The translations under genes were made by a program, and so were the position numbers. Below, piece by piece: positions 17,115 through 26,756 of a stretch of DNA of 64,000 bases; position 1 is the first letter of the stretch, and the number at the start of each line of letters is the position of its first letter. Under the pieces are notes generated by a model, which was not told the origin of the DNA, did no database searches, and saw only the letters and a list, made by a program, of their open reading frames with translations. The stretch comes from Escherichia coli (GTDB lineage: Bacteria > Pseudomonadota > Gammaproteobacteria > Enterobacterales > Enterobacteriaceae), in the NCBI RefSeq assembly GCF_024700885.2, contig NZ_CP117014.1; one strand, given 5' to 3'.

Positions 17115-18143
17115 TTACGAATCCATCAGGCGGCTATTAGCCCCCACAGACACGCCGCCACGGCGAAGATACCGCATAAGTGTTTCCGGTTTCTTCCAGG
17201 TTCCTTCCTGCATGATCTCCACCATAGACACCTGCTTTTCAGCCATATCAATAGCGGCCCCGACGCGTGCACTATGCCCGGTCCACGTCCGGTATCTTCC
17301 TTTGTTTGGCGTAGCATCTCTTTTATTCAGCAACACCCAGGCGTCGCTGAATATTTTCTCCATTGCAGGTGCAGTAAGGGGCGTTGTCGTGATCCTGGCC
17401 TTATTGCTACGGTGTATCGGCGGGAACAGCACTGCGTCAGGATGTTCGCGAAGCCCGGAAACATCCAGCCAGTCATTCAGCACAGCGGTAGTGCGACGGG
17501 AAAGCACCTTATCAAGCCCGGCGGCGGTCGTTATTGTCTTCGTGTGTGAAATATGTAGCGTGACAGTGTCACCTGTTTGATCCAGATCTCCTACACGAAT
17601 ACGCGAGATTTCCGACATACGCATCAGCGTATTGTATGCAACAAAGAGAAAAGCCCGGTTGCGCAGGTCCACCAGCCGTTCTGACCTGGACAACAGGACG
17701 TCGAGCAGTTTCAGATCGTCCCACCGAAGCGGTATAGCCTGGCCTGTTCGTTCGCCTTTTTCAGTTGCCGCTTCGCGCCGGATGCGCCGCATAGCCAGAG
17801 AAACACTTTTATCATCCGAAAGTGGCGGAAGGCCACAATGCGAAAGCAGCATATTCAGCATGGCGTAGTGCTTATCAATGGTGGTCGAAGCCAGATCGGC
17901 ATCATGCAGCTGAAGAAAATACTCGCGGGCCATTTCTGGTGAGATCGGAAACCAGGCAAGCTGGCGAGCGTGACACCAGCGCGCCCATGAATGAAACACC
18001 AACCGGAGGTCGCGCAGAGTATTCGGCGCATAAGCCCCCTGGTCATTCATGAACCGCATAAAGTTTTCTGCAGCCTCCTGGTACTCTTTGCCAATGTTGC
18101 GCAGAAAACCACCGGAGCTGCCAGAGATAATTAATTCACTCAT
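17115..18143 (-). CDS. dre: Cre-family tyrosine recombinase (Dre-like)
   Basis: 342 aa; AVSLAMRRIRRE, AYNTLMRMSEISRIRVGDL, WTGHSARVGAAIDMA parallel recalled Cre (AVSLVMRRIRKE, AYNTLLRIAEIARIRVKDI, WSGHSARVGAARDMA) at roughly 40% identity; adjacent rox-type site. Confidence 0.85.
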   Translation of the reverse strand: MSELIISGSSGGFLRNIGKEYQEAAENFMRFMNDQGAYAPNTLRDLRLVFHSWARWCHARQLAWFPISPEMAREYFLQLHDADLASTTIDKHYAMLNMLLSHCGLPPLSDDKSVSLAMRRIRREAATEKGERTGQAIPLRWDDLKLLDVLLSRSERLVDLRNRAFLFVAYNTLMRMSEISRIRVGDLDQTGDTVTLHISHTKTITTAAGLDKVLSRRTTAVLNDWLDVSGLREHPDAVLFPPIHRSNKARITTTPLTAPAMEKIFSDAWVLLNKRDATPNKGRYRTWTGHSARVGAAIDMAEKQVSMVEIMQEGTWKKPETLMRYLRRGGVSVGANSRLMDS

Positions 18144-18295
18144 GAAACTATTTAACCTCTATATACAGATAACGCTACGCGAAAAATATAAAAATGACAG
18201 GGTAGCTATAAGTTAATTTTCAAGATTCAAGCCTTTGATTCGAGGCGCGTATTTTCAGTGATGTCAATACTGATCATCTACCCATAATTATAGCC

Positions 18296-18327
18296 TAACT
18301 TTAAATAATGCCAATTATTTAAAGTTA
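18296..18327. other. rox-type recombination site (14-bp inverted arms, 4-bp spacer GCCA)
   Basis: TAACTTTAAATAAT-GCCA-ATTATTTAAAGTTA, perfect arms; arm begins ATAACTT-like as in loxP; 150 bp upstream of the recombinase start. Confidence 0.8.
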
Positions 18328-18426
18328 TAAAATGCCGATTTTTTTTAATCCATCATAGATTGATGATGACCAGTAACACGTTGCCTTCATGGTCTTTAAT
18401 TTGCGAAGTGTGGTTTCTACGGTTGG

Positions 18427-18521
18427 TTTTCTAAAATTGATGACAAAAAATCACAGTTCGATCCTTTACTCACTCTGTTATTCGACATAAATTTGTCATA
18501 GTAATTTTATGTTAGAAAACT
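18427..18521 (+). promoter_or_regulatory. Two operator-like motifs upstream of the 18538 gene
   Basis: TTTTCTAAAATTGATGAC at 18427-18444 and TGTTAGAAAACT at 18510-18521. Confidence 0.4.
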
Positions 18522-18537
18522 AAATCGAGTAGGAATA

Positions 18538-19575
18538 ATGAGTAAGAAGTCGATCGAGAAAGAGTACAAACGGTTCCTGCAAACCGCTGAACGGTGGAAA
18601 GAGCTGGTGGTCGCAAACTCTGTTTTCCATGATACCAGTTATGCTGGCGAGGAATTCCGCCATGTTGCATTAACGCATGACCAAAACATATTAGAAGAAG
18701 CTGAAAAATGTCTTGCTGAATGGAAAGCCTTCGTTGACATGTGCCGCGATGCCGACGGCAAAGCGTCGAACATTGTTGAGTCTGTATATTCTCCGATCCC
18801 ATTCATCATTGAGGACACCAATCAAAGCACGCATGTCGTTGTGCAAAGCGCTACAACAACACGTACATTTACACGTGAACAATTGCTAAAAAAATACGAC
18901 AAAATCATAAAGAAAAGCCTTAAAAATAGGGTTTTTTCTCAAATCGTAGGTGATCTTGAAGAAGAACAGCGCTTCTTTGAAGCTGAGCCTGAAGGCGAGA
19001 TCTACCGGGCGCGTAAAGAGGCATATACAGATGTTGTGCTGACAACAAACATCGAAGGCAGCAATGCCCTTTCTCGCTTTAGAGTTGGCGCACATGGTGC
19101 ATTGGTTTTCGCAAGACTACCGAAGACAACGATCCCCGTTGTCAATAATGTTGGTGAACGCCGGAGCATTACAATTTATTCTGGCGTCGAATCGGTACCT
19201 TGCAGCCTTCTCGGCGATTTTAACTTATATCGTGTTCGTGACCTGGAAAAACACCAGCCAAGCTATGTTGCGAAGTCGTACATCTTAAGGAACATCGATA
19301 TTCGCAATGAAAGCCTTAAGCAGAAATCCGCTAAGATGCTGGAGGATGCCGATCCGGCTATTCGCCATATCATTGAGCGTAAGATACGTACATCACGTGA
19401 AGCAATGGCAAGGCTGGATAAAATGGATCTGGAATTGTTAGACGTAATGATGGCCTCTGGAGACGACCTGACCGGCATTAAACTGAATGAAGCTCGTAAA
19501 AAATACGGCAAAGCAATCGAAGAACGTTACGGATACACATTCCCCCAAACGCAGTACGCCGCGAAGCTCTGGTAA
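18538..19575 (+). CDS. Hypothetical 345-aa protein, candidate immunity repressor (C1 position)
   Basis: Lies between pacB and the rox/recombinase, transcribed opposite to pac as c1 is in P1; two operator-like motifs upstream. No sequence match to C1 verified. Confidence 0.35.
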   Translation: MSKKSIEKEYKRFLQTAERWKELVVANSVFHDTSYAGEEFRHVALTHDQNILEEAEKCLAEWKAFVDMCRDADGKASNIVESVYSPIPFIIEDTNQSTHVVVQSATTTRTFTREQLLKKYDKIIKKSLKNRVFSQIVGDLEEEQRFFEAEPEGEIYRARKEAYTDVVLTTNIEGSNALSRFRVGAHGALVFARLPKTTIPVVNNVGERRSITIYSGVESVPCSLLGDFNLYRVRDLEKHQPSYVAKSYILRNIDIRNESLKQKSAKMLEDADPAIRHIIERKIRTSREAMARLDKMDLELLDVMMASGDDLTGIKLNEARKKYGKAIEERYGYTFPQTQYAAKLW

Positions 19576-19584
19576 TCACAACCG

Positions 19585-19604
19585 GCCCCGCATCGCGGGG
19601 CTTT
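19585..19604. terminator. Bidirectional terminator between convergent 18538 gene and pacB
   Basis: GCCCCGC-atc-GCGGGGC followed by TTT. Confidence 0.5.
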
Positions 19605-21111
19605 ATATATCCAGATCCGGCATTTCGATATCCGCCAGAACCTGATCTCGGAAAGTTGCCATTTCGGCACCAATATCTTCATTAGCAGGCACATAGTCCA
19701 CCAGCATAGTGAAGCAGTAGGTATCCCATCGGTCAGGCGATTTGATGTTTAGCTTTTGCCGCATGTGCTCTTTGCGCATCATCGCCATTTTCCCTTCTTC
19801 ATTCAGTAAAAAGGGGATTTTTGACGCTTGCTCTGCCGTTTTAGGGTCACTGTCTATCCGCATACGCCCTGACTTTATGGCATCACGCGCCATAATGTTT
19901 GCGTAGGCACGCTGATTAACAAATCGCTCCCTGTCTTTGTTCGCAAACATGGGTTTTCCCCACCGAATACGTACCGGGTTCGCACCACGACGCACCAACT
20001 GCGCACACGTATCAGAACCAAAACCATCAGCATCAACCGCGATTGTTATATTCGGGTATTTTTCCGGCGTACATTCGTTATATATGAAGTCAGCAAAGGC
20101 CAATGGGTCCATAGTGCCAGGCATCTCCATTACCTTAAAGTTAACAACGCGCCGCTTATCCCTGTGACCTGATACCTTGCAGATGTTGAGGACCGACTTA
20201 TCTCGCCCATTACCAACGTCAGCCGTTGCCACCCATCCCCAGTTTTTCTCCAACAACACCTTGCGGCGAGCAGAGCGATCGCATTCATCACGACCAAGCA
20301 AATAGCCGTTAATTTCTCGTGGGAACTGACCAAGCACCTTGACCATGTACTCAATAGAATCGCGCCCACCATATTCCAGAAGCTTCTCCTTGATGAATTG
20401 TGGTGTGACGAACGGTGATTCTTCCGAGTTAAGAACAATTGCTGTCCAGATCCCTTTCGGGTTGTCTGGGGTTTTTGCTCGAGAATGGTGCGAATCGTAG
20501 AAATAACCACTTGGCCTTGTTGGCTGGGATAGCATCAACATCCGGTTATCTTCTTCAGTAAGAGCACCGGTCATTACGCCGATCGCCTTATCAGATATAC
20601 CAGATGCTTCATCCAGAATTAGAAGCAAATGTGCCGCGTGTTCCCCCGCCAGCGCTTCTTCGTTGCCGAGTCGATAACCTTTGCAGAGAACTTCCCAAAT
20701 CCCCTTACGGGAGCGCTCATAAAACATGGTGTCAGAGAGGACAAAATAGGTCTGCAACCACCCATGACGCTTAACTGCATTCGCCCAATACTGTTTAACG
20801 TATTTGAATACGCCTGTTTTTACCTGGCCTATCTTGTTAGCAACAATGATGACACGGGCATCGGGGAACAGGATCATAAAAATCAACAGCAACATCGCGG
20901 TAAGGGACGACTTCCCCGTTCCGTGTCCGGACGTGACGGTCGTCCTACTCCCCGTTTCCTGCACTGACTGAATGATCTGCTGCTGCTGGTGGGAGGGGAA
21001 CATCCCAAAAATATCGACTACAGCCTGGGTAAAGTTGTAGCGGTATTTGATTACCATATCGCGCCAGCGTGGATCGCTGGTGACGCATTTAATCTTGCGC
21101 CCGCCAGCCAT
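19603..21111 (-). CDS. pacB: Terminase large subunit (PacB-like)
   Basis: 502 aa; Walker A SGHGTGKSS, Walker B LLLILDEAS; downstream of pacA with overlapping stop/start. Confidence 0.75.
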   Translation of the reverse strand: MAGGRKIKCVTSDPRWRDMVIKYRYNFTQAVVDIFGMFPSHQQQQIIQSVQETGSRTTVTSGHGTGKSSLTAMLLLIFMILFPDARVIIVANKIGQVKTGVFKYVKQYWANAVKRHGWLQTYFVLSDTMFYERSRKGIWEVLCKGYRLGNEEALAGEHAAHLLLILDEASGISDKAIGVMTGALTEEDNRMLMLSQPTRPSGYFYDSHHSRAKTPDNPKGIWTAIVLNSEESPFVTPQFIKEKLLEYGGRDSIEYMVKVLGQFPREINGYLLGRDECDRSARRKVLLEKNWGWVATADVGNGRDKSVLNICKVSGHRDKRRVVNFKVMEMPGTMDPLAFADFIYNECTPEKYPNITIAVDADGFGSDTCAQLVRRGANPVRIRWGKPMFANKDRERFVNQRAYANIMARDAIKSGRMRIDSDPKTAEQASKIPFLLNEEGKMAMMRKEHMRQKLNIKSPDRWDTYCFTMLVDYVPANEDIGAEMATFRDQVLADIEMPDLDI

Positions 21112-22475
21112 TAATCATCCTCCGGCGGTTCTATCGCGATATCATCATCTCCGGCGTCATACCCTGCATCAGATGCATCATAATCACCGTAAATTTCAGC
21201 CGTTGCCGAAGGGTCAATATCCAGCTCTTCGTCGTTGGCCTCGAATTCTCCAGCTTTACGCTCGCCATTGCGGTCGTAATCTCCGCACCCCAATTCTTCA
21301 ACAATGGTTGCCACATCCGCCCGGCGCTCTGCCAGCCATTGCGGATGGTTAGCCTGAAGCGTTGCAAACTCCCTTGCCTCTTTGTCCAGCTGTTCATCAT
21401 CAACATCATTGACGTCAGAAACAGGTGGTTCGAGAAGAGTGATAGCTTTCGCCGCGCGCGCCGCGAGGATAGCCGGGACGCTGACACCCTGGCGCTCGAT
21501 GTATTCAGCAACACCGATATCATCCAGTTCCTCGCGCTCACGCATACGTATAGCGGCGGCGATAACTCTGGCTGCGCGTGCGTCAGCGCCAATGCGATAT
21601 TCAATCTCTTTGCCACGCTGTTCGGCCTGTAGGCGTGCTAATTCGAGTTTTTCTCTGGCCTCAGCCTCTTTGAATGCTTGCTGGCGAGCGCTCTGACGAA
21701 GCTTTTCATCCCCCTGTCGCAGCTTTTGTTCGGACTGATATATAGCTGCCAACCTACTGATAAAATCATTCATGTAGTAGGCCGCGTCACTGATTAGACC
21801 GAGAAGGCGCTGCCCAGGGTGCATTCCTTCTGGCTCTTTATCGCCCAAGGCGTCTATTTCCGCCTGTAGACGTTCGGCCTCCTGATCAACAATGCTTTGA
21901 TACTGAAGTGCGCGCTCTTGCGCCATTTGAATTGCTAACCGCAGGTGTTCTTCTGCGCCGTTCTTCATCATATCGCGAGCCACATTCGTAGTTGGCAATG
22001 TGGCACGCTGCACAGCACCGTCAGGGATCATTGCAGAAGATCCCTCAATTTTTGGGGCGTTTTTATCTTCTTCGGGGATCATTTTCGCCATTTTTTCGCG
22101 CAATGATCTCCTGACAGATTCTTTTATCTCATTGTTATTATTTGAATTATTTTCATGATCCGAAGTTTTCTTTCTCGGCATACTTCGGAAAGAACCTGCG
22201 CCCTGCGAATTGTCAATTTCTGTAAATTTTGTTTTTTCTGCACCCTCTTCCAGCTTTTTTGTTGCTCTTCCCGCCCGTTTTTTTTCAGGTGATTTGGTGC
22301 TTTTTTTTGTTGTCTTTACCTGCGACCGCACCTCATTTTTTTTCATATTGAGATGCTTTCTGGCTGTATTGAAGCTAAGGCCATGCTCCTCACAGTATTC
22401 CTTTACAGTGATCCCTTTTTCTTCACGCAACGCTATAAAGCGGGCGCGGTGCTCCTCCCAATTAACCAGACTCAT
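21111..22475 (-). CDS. pacA: Terminase small subunit (PacA-like)
   Basis: 454 aa, N-terminal HTH-like and Lys/Glu-rich region; position immediately upstream of pacB; GATC cluster inside. Confidence 0.6.
   Translation of the reverse strand: MSLVNWEEHRARFIALREEKGITVKEYCEEHGLSFNTARKHLNMKKNEVRSQVKTTKKSTKSPEKKRAGRATKKLEEGAEKTKFTEIDNSQGAGSFRSMPRKKTSDHENNSNNNNEIKESVRRSLREKMAKMIPEEDKNAPKIEGSSAMIPDGAVQRATLPTTNVARDMMKNGAEEHLRLAIQMAQERALQYQSIVDQEAERLQAEIDALGDKEPEGMHPGQRLLGLISDAAYYMNDFISRLAAIYQSEQKLRQGDEKLRQSARQQAFKEAEAREKLELARLQAEQRGKEIEYRIGADARAARVIAAAIRMREREELDDIGVAEYIERQGVSVPAILAARAAKAITLLEPPVSDVNDVDDEQLDKEAREFATLQANHPQWLAERRADVATIVEELGCGDYDRNGERKAGEFEANDEELDIDPSATAEIYGDYDASDAGYDAGDDDIAIEPPEDD
22026..22160. 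other. Candidate pac site (cluster of Dam GATC hexamers inside pacA)
   Basis: Five GATC sites within 135 bp (22026, 22039, 22077, 22105, 22157), far above chance; P1 pac is a cluster of TGATC(A/G) elements inside pacA. Confidence 0.35.
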
Positions 22476-22864
22476 AAAGCAACACCACGCTTTTTAACGG
22501 CGGCATTCCACAGCTTATTCGCCATGTCCACCAGCTCTCGTTGCTCTTTTCGCGCCTGTTCGACTGATTTCCTGCTACAGTTTTTAACCAGTAAACTGCC
22601 ATATTCAGGGGTTCGCCCACGCACCTTGAACTGATATCCGTTCAGGCCATGCAACCAGTATTTTCGTGGGTAAACACGATCATCAAGCTCACAGATTGCC
22701 CTGCTTGAACGAACAAAATGACGAATGATGTTAGTTACACTTACTCGTGAAACATGGAGATGAGGGTATTTTTCTTTGGCGAGAGTGGTAATTTCAGTGA
22801 CTGTCAGATAGCAGTCAGCCCTGATCATGATATCCGCAATTTCTGCGCTGCTGATTTGTTCCAT
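22472..22864 (-). CDS. Hypothetical 130-aa protein, positional analog of late-promoter activator Lpa
   Basis: Immediately upstream of pacA as lpa is in P1; operator-like motif TATTAGAA at 22941-22955 upstream. Confidence 0.3.
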   Translation of the reverse strand: MEQISSAEIADIMIRADCYLTVTEITTLAKEKYPHLHVSRVSVTNIIRHFVRSSRAICELDDRVYPRKYWLHGLNGYQFKVRGRTPEYGSLLVKNCSRKSVEQARKEQRELVDMANKLWNAAVKKRGVAL

Positions 22865-22972
22865 TAATCCCCCGGGCAGGAAATGACCGAGGGGATGATA
22901 ATGAGAATGTTAAAACTGTATAGACTGGTAAAAAGATGAATGTATTAGAAAATTAATACTAAATATCTAATG

Positions 22973-23365
22973 CTACCAGCTAGACAAACGAACAACATGT
23001 TTCACTTTTGCGATCCACTGTCCGCGATAACTATTGATTACGGCCTGTGCCAGCTTCAAATTGGCTTCAAAATCAGCCTTACTACCATCAGACTCCACCA
23101 GCATTCCTCCATCTATTTCTGGTAAACATAGATAATCCTGCTCAACCTGCAGCGGCATTGATGGCTCTCTGAATGGGGTTACTTGCTCTGCTTTCCAGCG
23201 AAATCTAACCCTTATCCCCCTGGTGGTCATTACTAGATAGCCTGTTATAGTGCTTTTATGGCCCACATCAGTACGCGTGGCATTGCATGACTCGATCTTA
23301 CAGTTAGCGATAGACCACTCCATATTGGTGGCCTGTTGAGTGCTTAATTTGGTAGTCCCGTACAT
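22973..23365 (-). CDS. Hypothetical 130-aa protein
   Basis: ORF coupled with the upstream 191-aa gene. Confidence 0.3.
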   Translation of the reverse strand: MYGTTKLSTQQATNMEWSIANCKIESCNATRTDVGHKSTITGYLVMTTRGIRVRFRWKAEQVTPFREPSMPLQVEQDYLCLPEIDGGMLVESDGSKADFEANLKLAQAVINSYRGQWIAKVKHVVRLSSW

Positions 23366-23940
23366 CAGAAAGCCTCCCAGTCAGTCGCGATAATATCCAC
23401 ACCAGTTGCAAACCAGTCTGTCTGCGCCTGTAAATCCCCATTCATCATTACCAGGCGAGGCATCACCATCACATCGCACCCTTCCACAATATCGAATGCC
23501 TCTTCCGGCAAGAATTCGAAGAGCTTTTCTTTGCTGCCAATACTGCCACGGAACATCGATATATAGCTCCCTTTGGGCCATGATGTCCGCCGGGCATCAA
23601 GCCCTTTCATCATCCAGTAAAAAGCCGAGGAAAAAGGGATATTCTTTTTGCCAATGATTACATTATTCGCTTCTGTGTATTTCAGGAACTTAACTAACCT
23701 TACCATTGACTCGGATAACGCAACGTATGGCTCATGATTGATTGCTGACACGCTTACACCGTGCAATCCAACGCTTACCACTGTCATATCGCCGCTCTGT
23801 GCGGTTTCGATATTGACGCCTTTGCGAACTAATGAGGCGTAAATTTCCTCTCGCTTTTGGGTCCAGCGTTCACGCTTCCCTATGAAGTCACTCAAAATGA
23901 GATCTTCTTCTGTATATGCGTTATCGTTCGCCATTAACAT
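23365..23940 (-). CDS. Hypothetical 191-aa protein with a possible DUF2829-like C-terminal region
   Basis: FYWMMKGLDARRTSWPKGSYISMF ... TDWFATGVDIIATDWEAF loosely parallels the 15278 ORF pattern. Confidence 0.3.
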   Translation of the reverse strand: MLMANDNAYTEEDLILSDFIGKRERWTQKREEIYASLVRKGVNIETAQSGDMTVVSVGLHGVSVSAINHEPYVALSESMVRLVKFLKYTEANNVIIGKKNIPFSSAFYWMMKGLDARRTSWPKGSYISMFRGSIGSKEKLFEFLPEEAFDIVEGCDVMVMPRLVMMNGDLQAQTDWFATGVDIIATDWEAF

Positions 23941-24392
23941 AACGTTTCCTTTTTTACACGCGCGACTATCCCCCGGAAGTACCGGTAGTGATGTCGTAAC
24001 TTCGTATTAATTAAGGGGTACAGCCTGAGCGGCTATATGATGAATTGAAAGGAGTTGTGGCGGTGGTGCCTCCACCTGCCAGGTTAGCCACTCCTGGCGA
24101 CGTCACTTATCAGAACGTAGTGAATGAAAATGGCTTCGTCACGAGCGCATAGCCGCAATTACCACAACGGAAACGGCGCTCACGCTAATTAAACGCCTTT
24201 TCCTGTTGTGCGCCGTGCTCTTCCGGCTGTCACACCGAATCGCCAGGATGGTGAATCCGCAGTCCGACGCTATGAACGGGGCTTGCACATTCCGGCTACC
24301 TGGTGTGCCCATGCAGTGTTAGTAAAAGGTACCTAACAGCTACACCAGACCGCTAACGACGCATGTGCCATACGCCGTGTTACAACCAAATG

Positions 24393-24468
24393 TGGTGGCC
24401 CCTACCGGACTTGAACCGGTGACCGTGCGATTATGAGTCGCCCGCTCTAACCACTGAGCTAAAGGGCC
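24393..24468 (-). tRNA. tRNA with CAT anticodon, most like tRNA-Ile2 (lysidine, reads AUA)
   Basis: GGCCCTTTAGCTCAGTGGTTAGAGCGGGCGACTCATAATCGCACGGTCACCGGTTCAAGTCCGGTAGGGGCCACCA; cloverleaf folds; closely resembles E. coli ileX as recalled. Confidence 0.75.
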
Positions 24469-24897
24469 AGATTACTGTTAATTACGCTTACGCTTTTTGC
24501 CAGAACCGCGTAAGGCTTTTGCCGCTTGCTCTACCCCGTATGCAACCACCAGCAGAAACAATAATGTCCACTCCGGGTTTTTATCGGCAAACGCCCAAAA
24601 ATCCATCACTTGCAGCCACCTTTTAAGACAAAACGCCATTGCTGTTAGGTTGCGGTGCCGGGCGCCTCCCGGTGACGTTAACCAGTTAACAATTAACGCC
24701 GGATCACTTATGGATTCTCGTTACGCCAGTAAAAAGACCACCTTTACTGTTTTAACTGTTCCGCGTGCGCTTAGCCGCATTCACCGCAATGGTAAGAGCA
24801 TTTGGCTGACTGGGCGGCGATGACGCCTGTACGCATTTGGTGATCCGGTTCTGCTTCCGGCATTCGCTTAATTAGCCAAATACCCTTAATGTTGCAC

Positions 24898-24984
24898 TGG
24901 CGGAGAGTAATGGAATCGAACCATCATCGCTTGCGCAATGGGACGGTTTTCAAGACCGCTTGAGCACCATGCTCCCTACTCTCC
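24898..24984 (-). tRNA. tRNA-Ser (anticodon TGA) with long variable arm
   Basis: GGAGAGT...GGTCTTGAAAACC...GGTTCGATTCC...CTCTCCGCCA; 87 nt. Confidence 0.7.
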
Positions 24985-25438
24985 CGTTATTGTGGCGACC
25001 GGTGCTGATCTCCGGCTTGCGGTTATTTCAGACTCTCACGGGCGTTTAATTGCCCCGCCGAACAGCTCTTTTCCGCAATAGCTGCAATGTCTTTCGCGCA
25101 TCAGCCTGCGCATTCACCACAATGTTGAGAACACTGGTTGTCACGCTGCAACGCAACATTTATTCGTAGATTGGGATATGACCCCGTTACGCCAGTGTTC
25201 TCAACGTTGTAGTGCCGGTTACGGTTCCGGCCAGACCTCTTCCTCAACGGGGTGTTCTCCATACGGACTACCGTTTATTGGTCGTTCCTGCGGTTTATGT
25301 TGTGAAGCCAGATGCTTATCTTCTGGTTGCTTCAAAGAGCTGCACTTCATCACAACGGTAAGAGCATTTATGGCTCGCATCGCGGGAAAAAGCCCACGGT
25401 AGAGAGTCGAACTCTACAAATGCTCTTACCTGTTGTGT

Positions 25439-25514
25439 TGGTGCCGGTTAACGGGATCGAACCGCTGACCATTCGCTTACAAAGCGACTGCTCTACCAAC
25501 TGAGCTAAACCGGC
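25439..25514 (-). tRNA. tRNA-Thr (anticodon TGT)
   Basis: GCCGGTTTAGCTCAGTTGGTAGAGCAGTCGCTTTGTAAGCGA...GGTTCGATCCC...AACCGGCACCA. Confidence 0.7.
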
Positions 25515-25518
25515 AATT

Positions 25519-25605
25519 TGGTGGGGAGTGATGGAGTCGAACCACCCGAGTCGCAATGACAGTAGATTTACAGTCTACCCCGCTACCCCTACGGACTAAC
25601 TCCCC
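25519..25605 (-). tRNA. tRNA-Tyr (anticodon GTA) with long variable arm
   Basis: GGGGAGTTAGTCC...AGACTGTAAATCT...GGTTCGACTCC...CTCCCCACCA. Confidence 0.7.
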
Positions 25606-25610
25606 TAAAT

Positions 25611-25687
25611 TGGCGATGGTGGGTGGATTCGAACCACCTACCGAAAGCTTAGAAGGCTGCTGTTCTATCCTACTGAGCTACACCATC
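25611..25687 (-). tRNA. tRNA-Arg (anticodon TCT, reads AGA)
   Basis: GATGGTGTAGCTCAGTAGGATAGAACAGCAGCCTTCTAAGCTTT...GGTTCGAATCC...CACCATCGCCA; anticodon loop CTTCTAA like argU; stem slightly degenerate. Confidence 0.6.
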
Positions 25688-26191
25688 ACTTGCCGGGTAC
25701 GTCTCCGGCGAGGGCTTCCACCTCCGTATGCTTTTCGGCGCACCGCGCCCTGGCTGCAATTCGGTAACAGGGGATGCACAACCCTGGCTTCCAGCGTGAT
25801 TAGCGCCTTCAGCATGACGGGATATACCCGTTACAAGAAGTTCTCCCAGGATGCCATTAAGCAATGGCTGTTACGCGGGAAGGACGCAACAGGTAAGGGC
25901 GCTGACCAGAAAGACCTGACCCTTCTCATTCATCTGGTTAATCACACCAGCGCCCTTGCCTGTTATGCCTCCCCGTTCCCTAATACACAGACGGGGACAC
26001 TCTGCGGTCGATTTTTTTGACGGGGGACGACTCATACCCCGTGGCGTCTGGCTTCTTAGGCCGCTACCATCATCAGATCATCGTTTGCATTTACTTTAAT
26101 GGTCAGTTTCTAAACCGCCGCAAAGTCGCTAACCATGACGAAAACCCTAAAAAAGCCCACCCGAAGATGGGCAAATACGCTACATCTCACA

Positions 26192-26270
26192 CAAGAAAGA
26201 AGCCGACTGCCTGAGCTGGATTCACTTTCAAATGCCCGCTGAAAGGGATCACAAGTCGGCTTCTTTCTTG
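26192..26270. ncRNA. Long perfect hairpin (17-bp stems, about 45-nt loop), candidate structured RNA
   Basis: CAAGAAAGAAGCCGACT ... AGTCGGCTTCTTTCTTG in a 1.2-kb ORF-poor region next to the tRNA array. Confidence 0.3.
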
Positions 26271-26756
26271 ATGCGGCACTCTCTCCGCCCGTCACCGCTC
26301 TGTCTCGGTTGTCGCGTTTGCCACGCCAGCCGTAACGAGGTTTAAAGTCTTTACACGTTTCCATCACTCGACTGCCGTCTGTGGCTGTTCGTTGCAGCGG
26401 GGGTGCCTCCCCCTGGGGATATCCCCGGCCTTACCCCATTCTTTCAAGACACAATGCAAGGCCACATCCGCATAGGTGCATTACCGCAACATTAAGGAGA
26501 CTCAGGGCAAAAGGTAACCGCCACAAAAATCCCTATGCCTCCTTAATGTTGAAGATGTGCATTGATGATTAGATGCAGCATGTACCGTTACTCTCTGCCG
26601 GACCATCATCAATGAACACCTTAAAAAGACCTTCCGTGGCTCAACATGTATTGTCGTTTACTCCGCAAAGTGCTCTCTCTGAAACCACTTTCCGCACTAA
26701 ACCTGCTGAACTTTGGCCTGCACGGTGCCAAAGCGTGCTCTTGCATTACTATACAT

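Noticed and set aside
18538-19575. Firm assignment of the 345-aa protein as C1 repressor
   Set aside because: Position and operator motifs fit, but I cannot confirm sequence similarity to C1 from memory; kept as a candidate only.
24393-24468. Calling the CAT-anticodon tRNA an elongator or initiator tRNA-Met
   Set aside because: Overall sequence is much closer to my recollection of tRNA-Ile2 (ileX) than to E. coli Met tRNAs; kept as Ile2-like with uncertainty.
25556-26020. 154-aa plus-strand ORF overlapping the tRNA-Tyr and tRNA-Arg genes
   Set aside because: Overlaps two well-folded tRNAs on the opposite strand; alternative start; most likely spurious.
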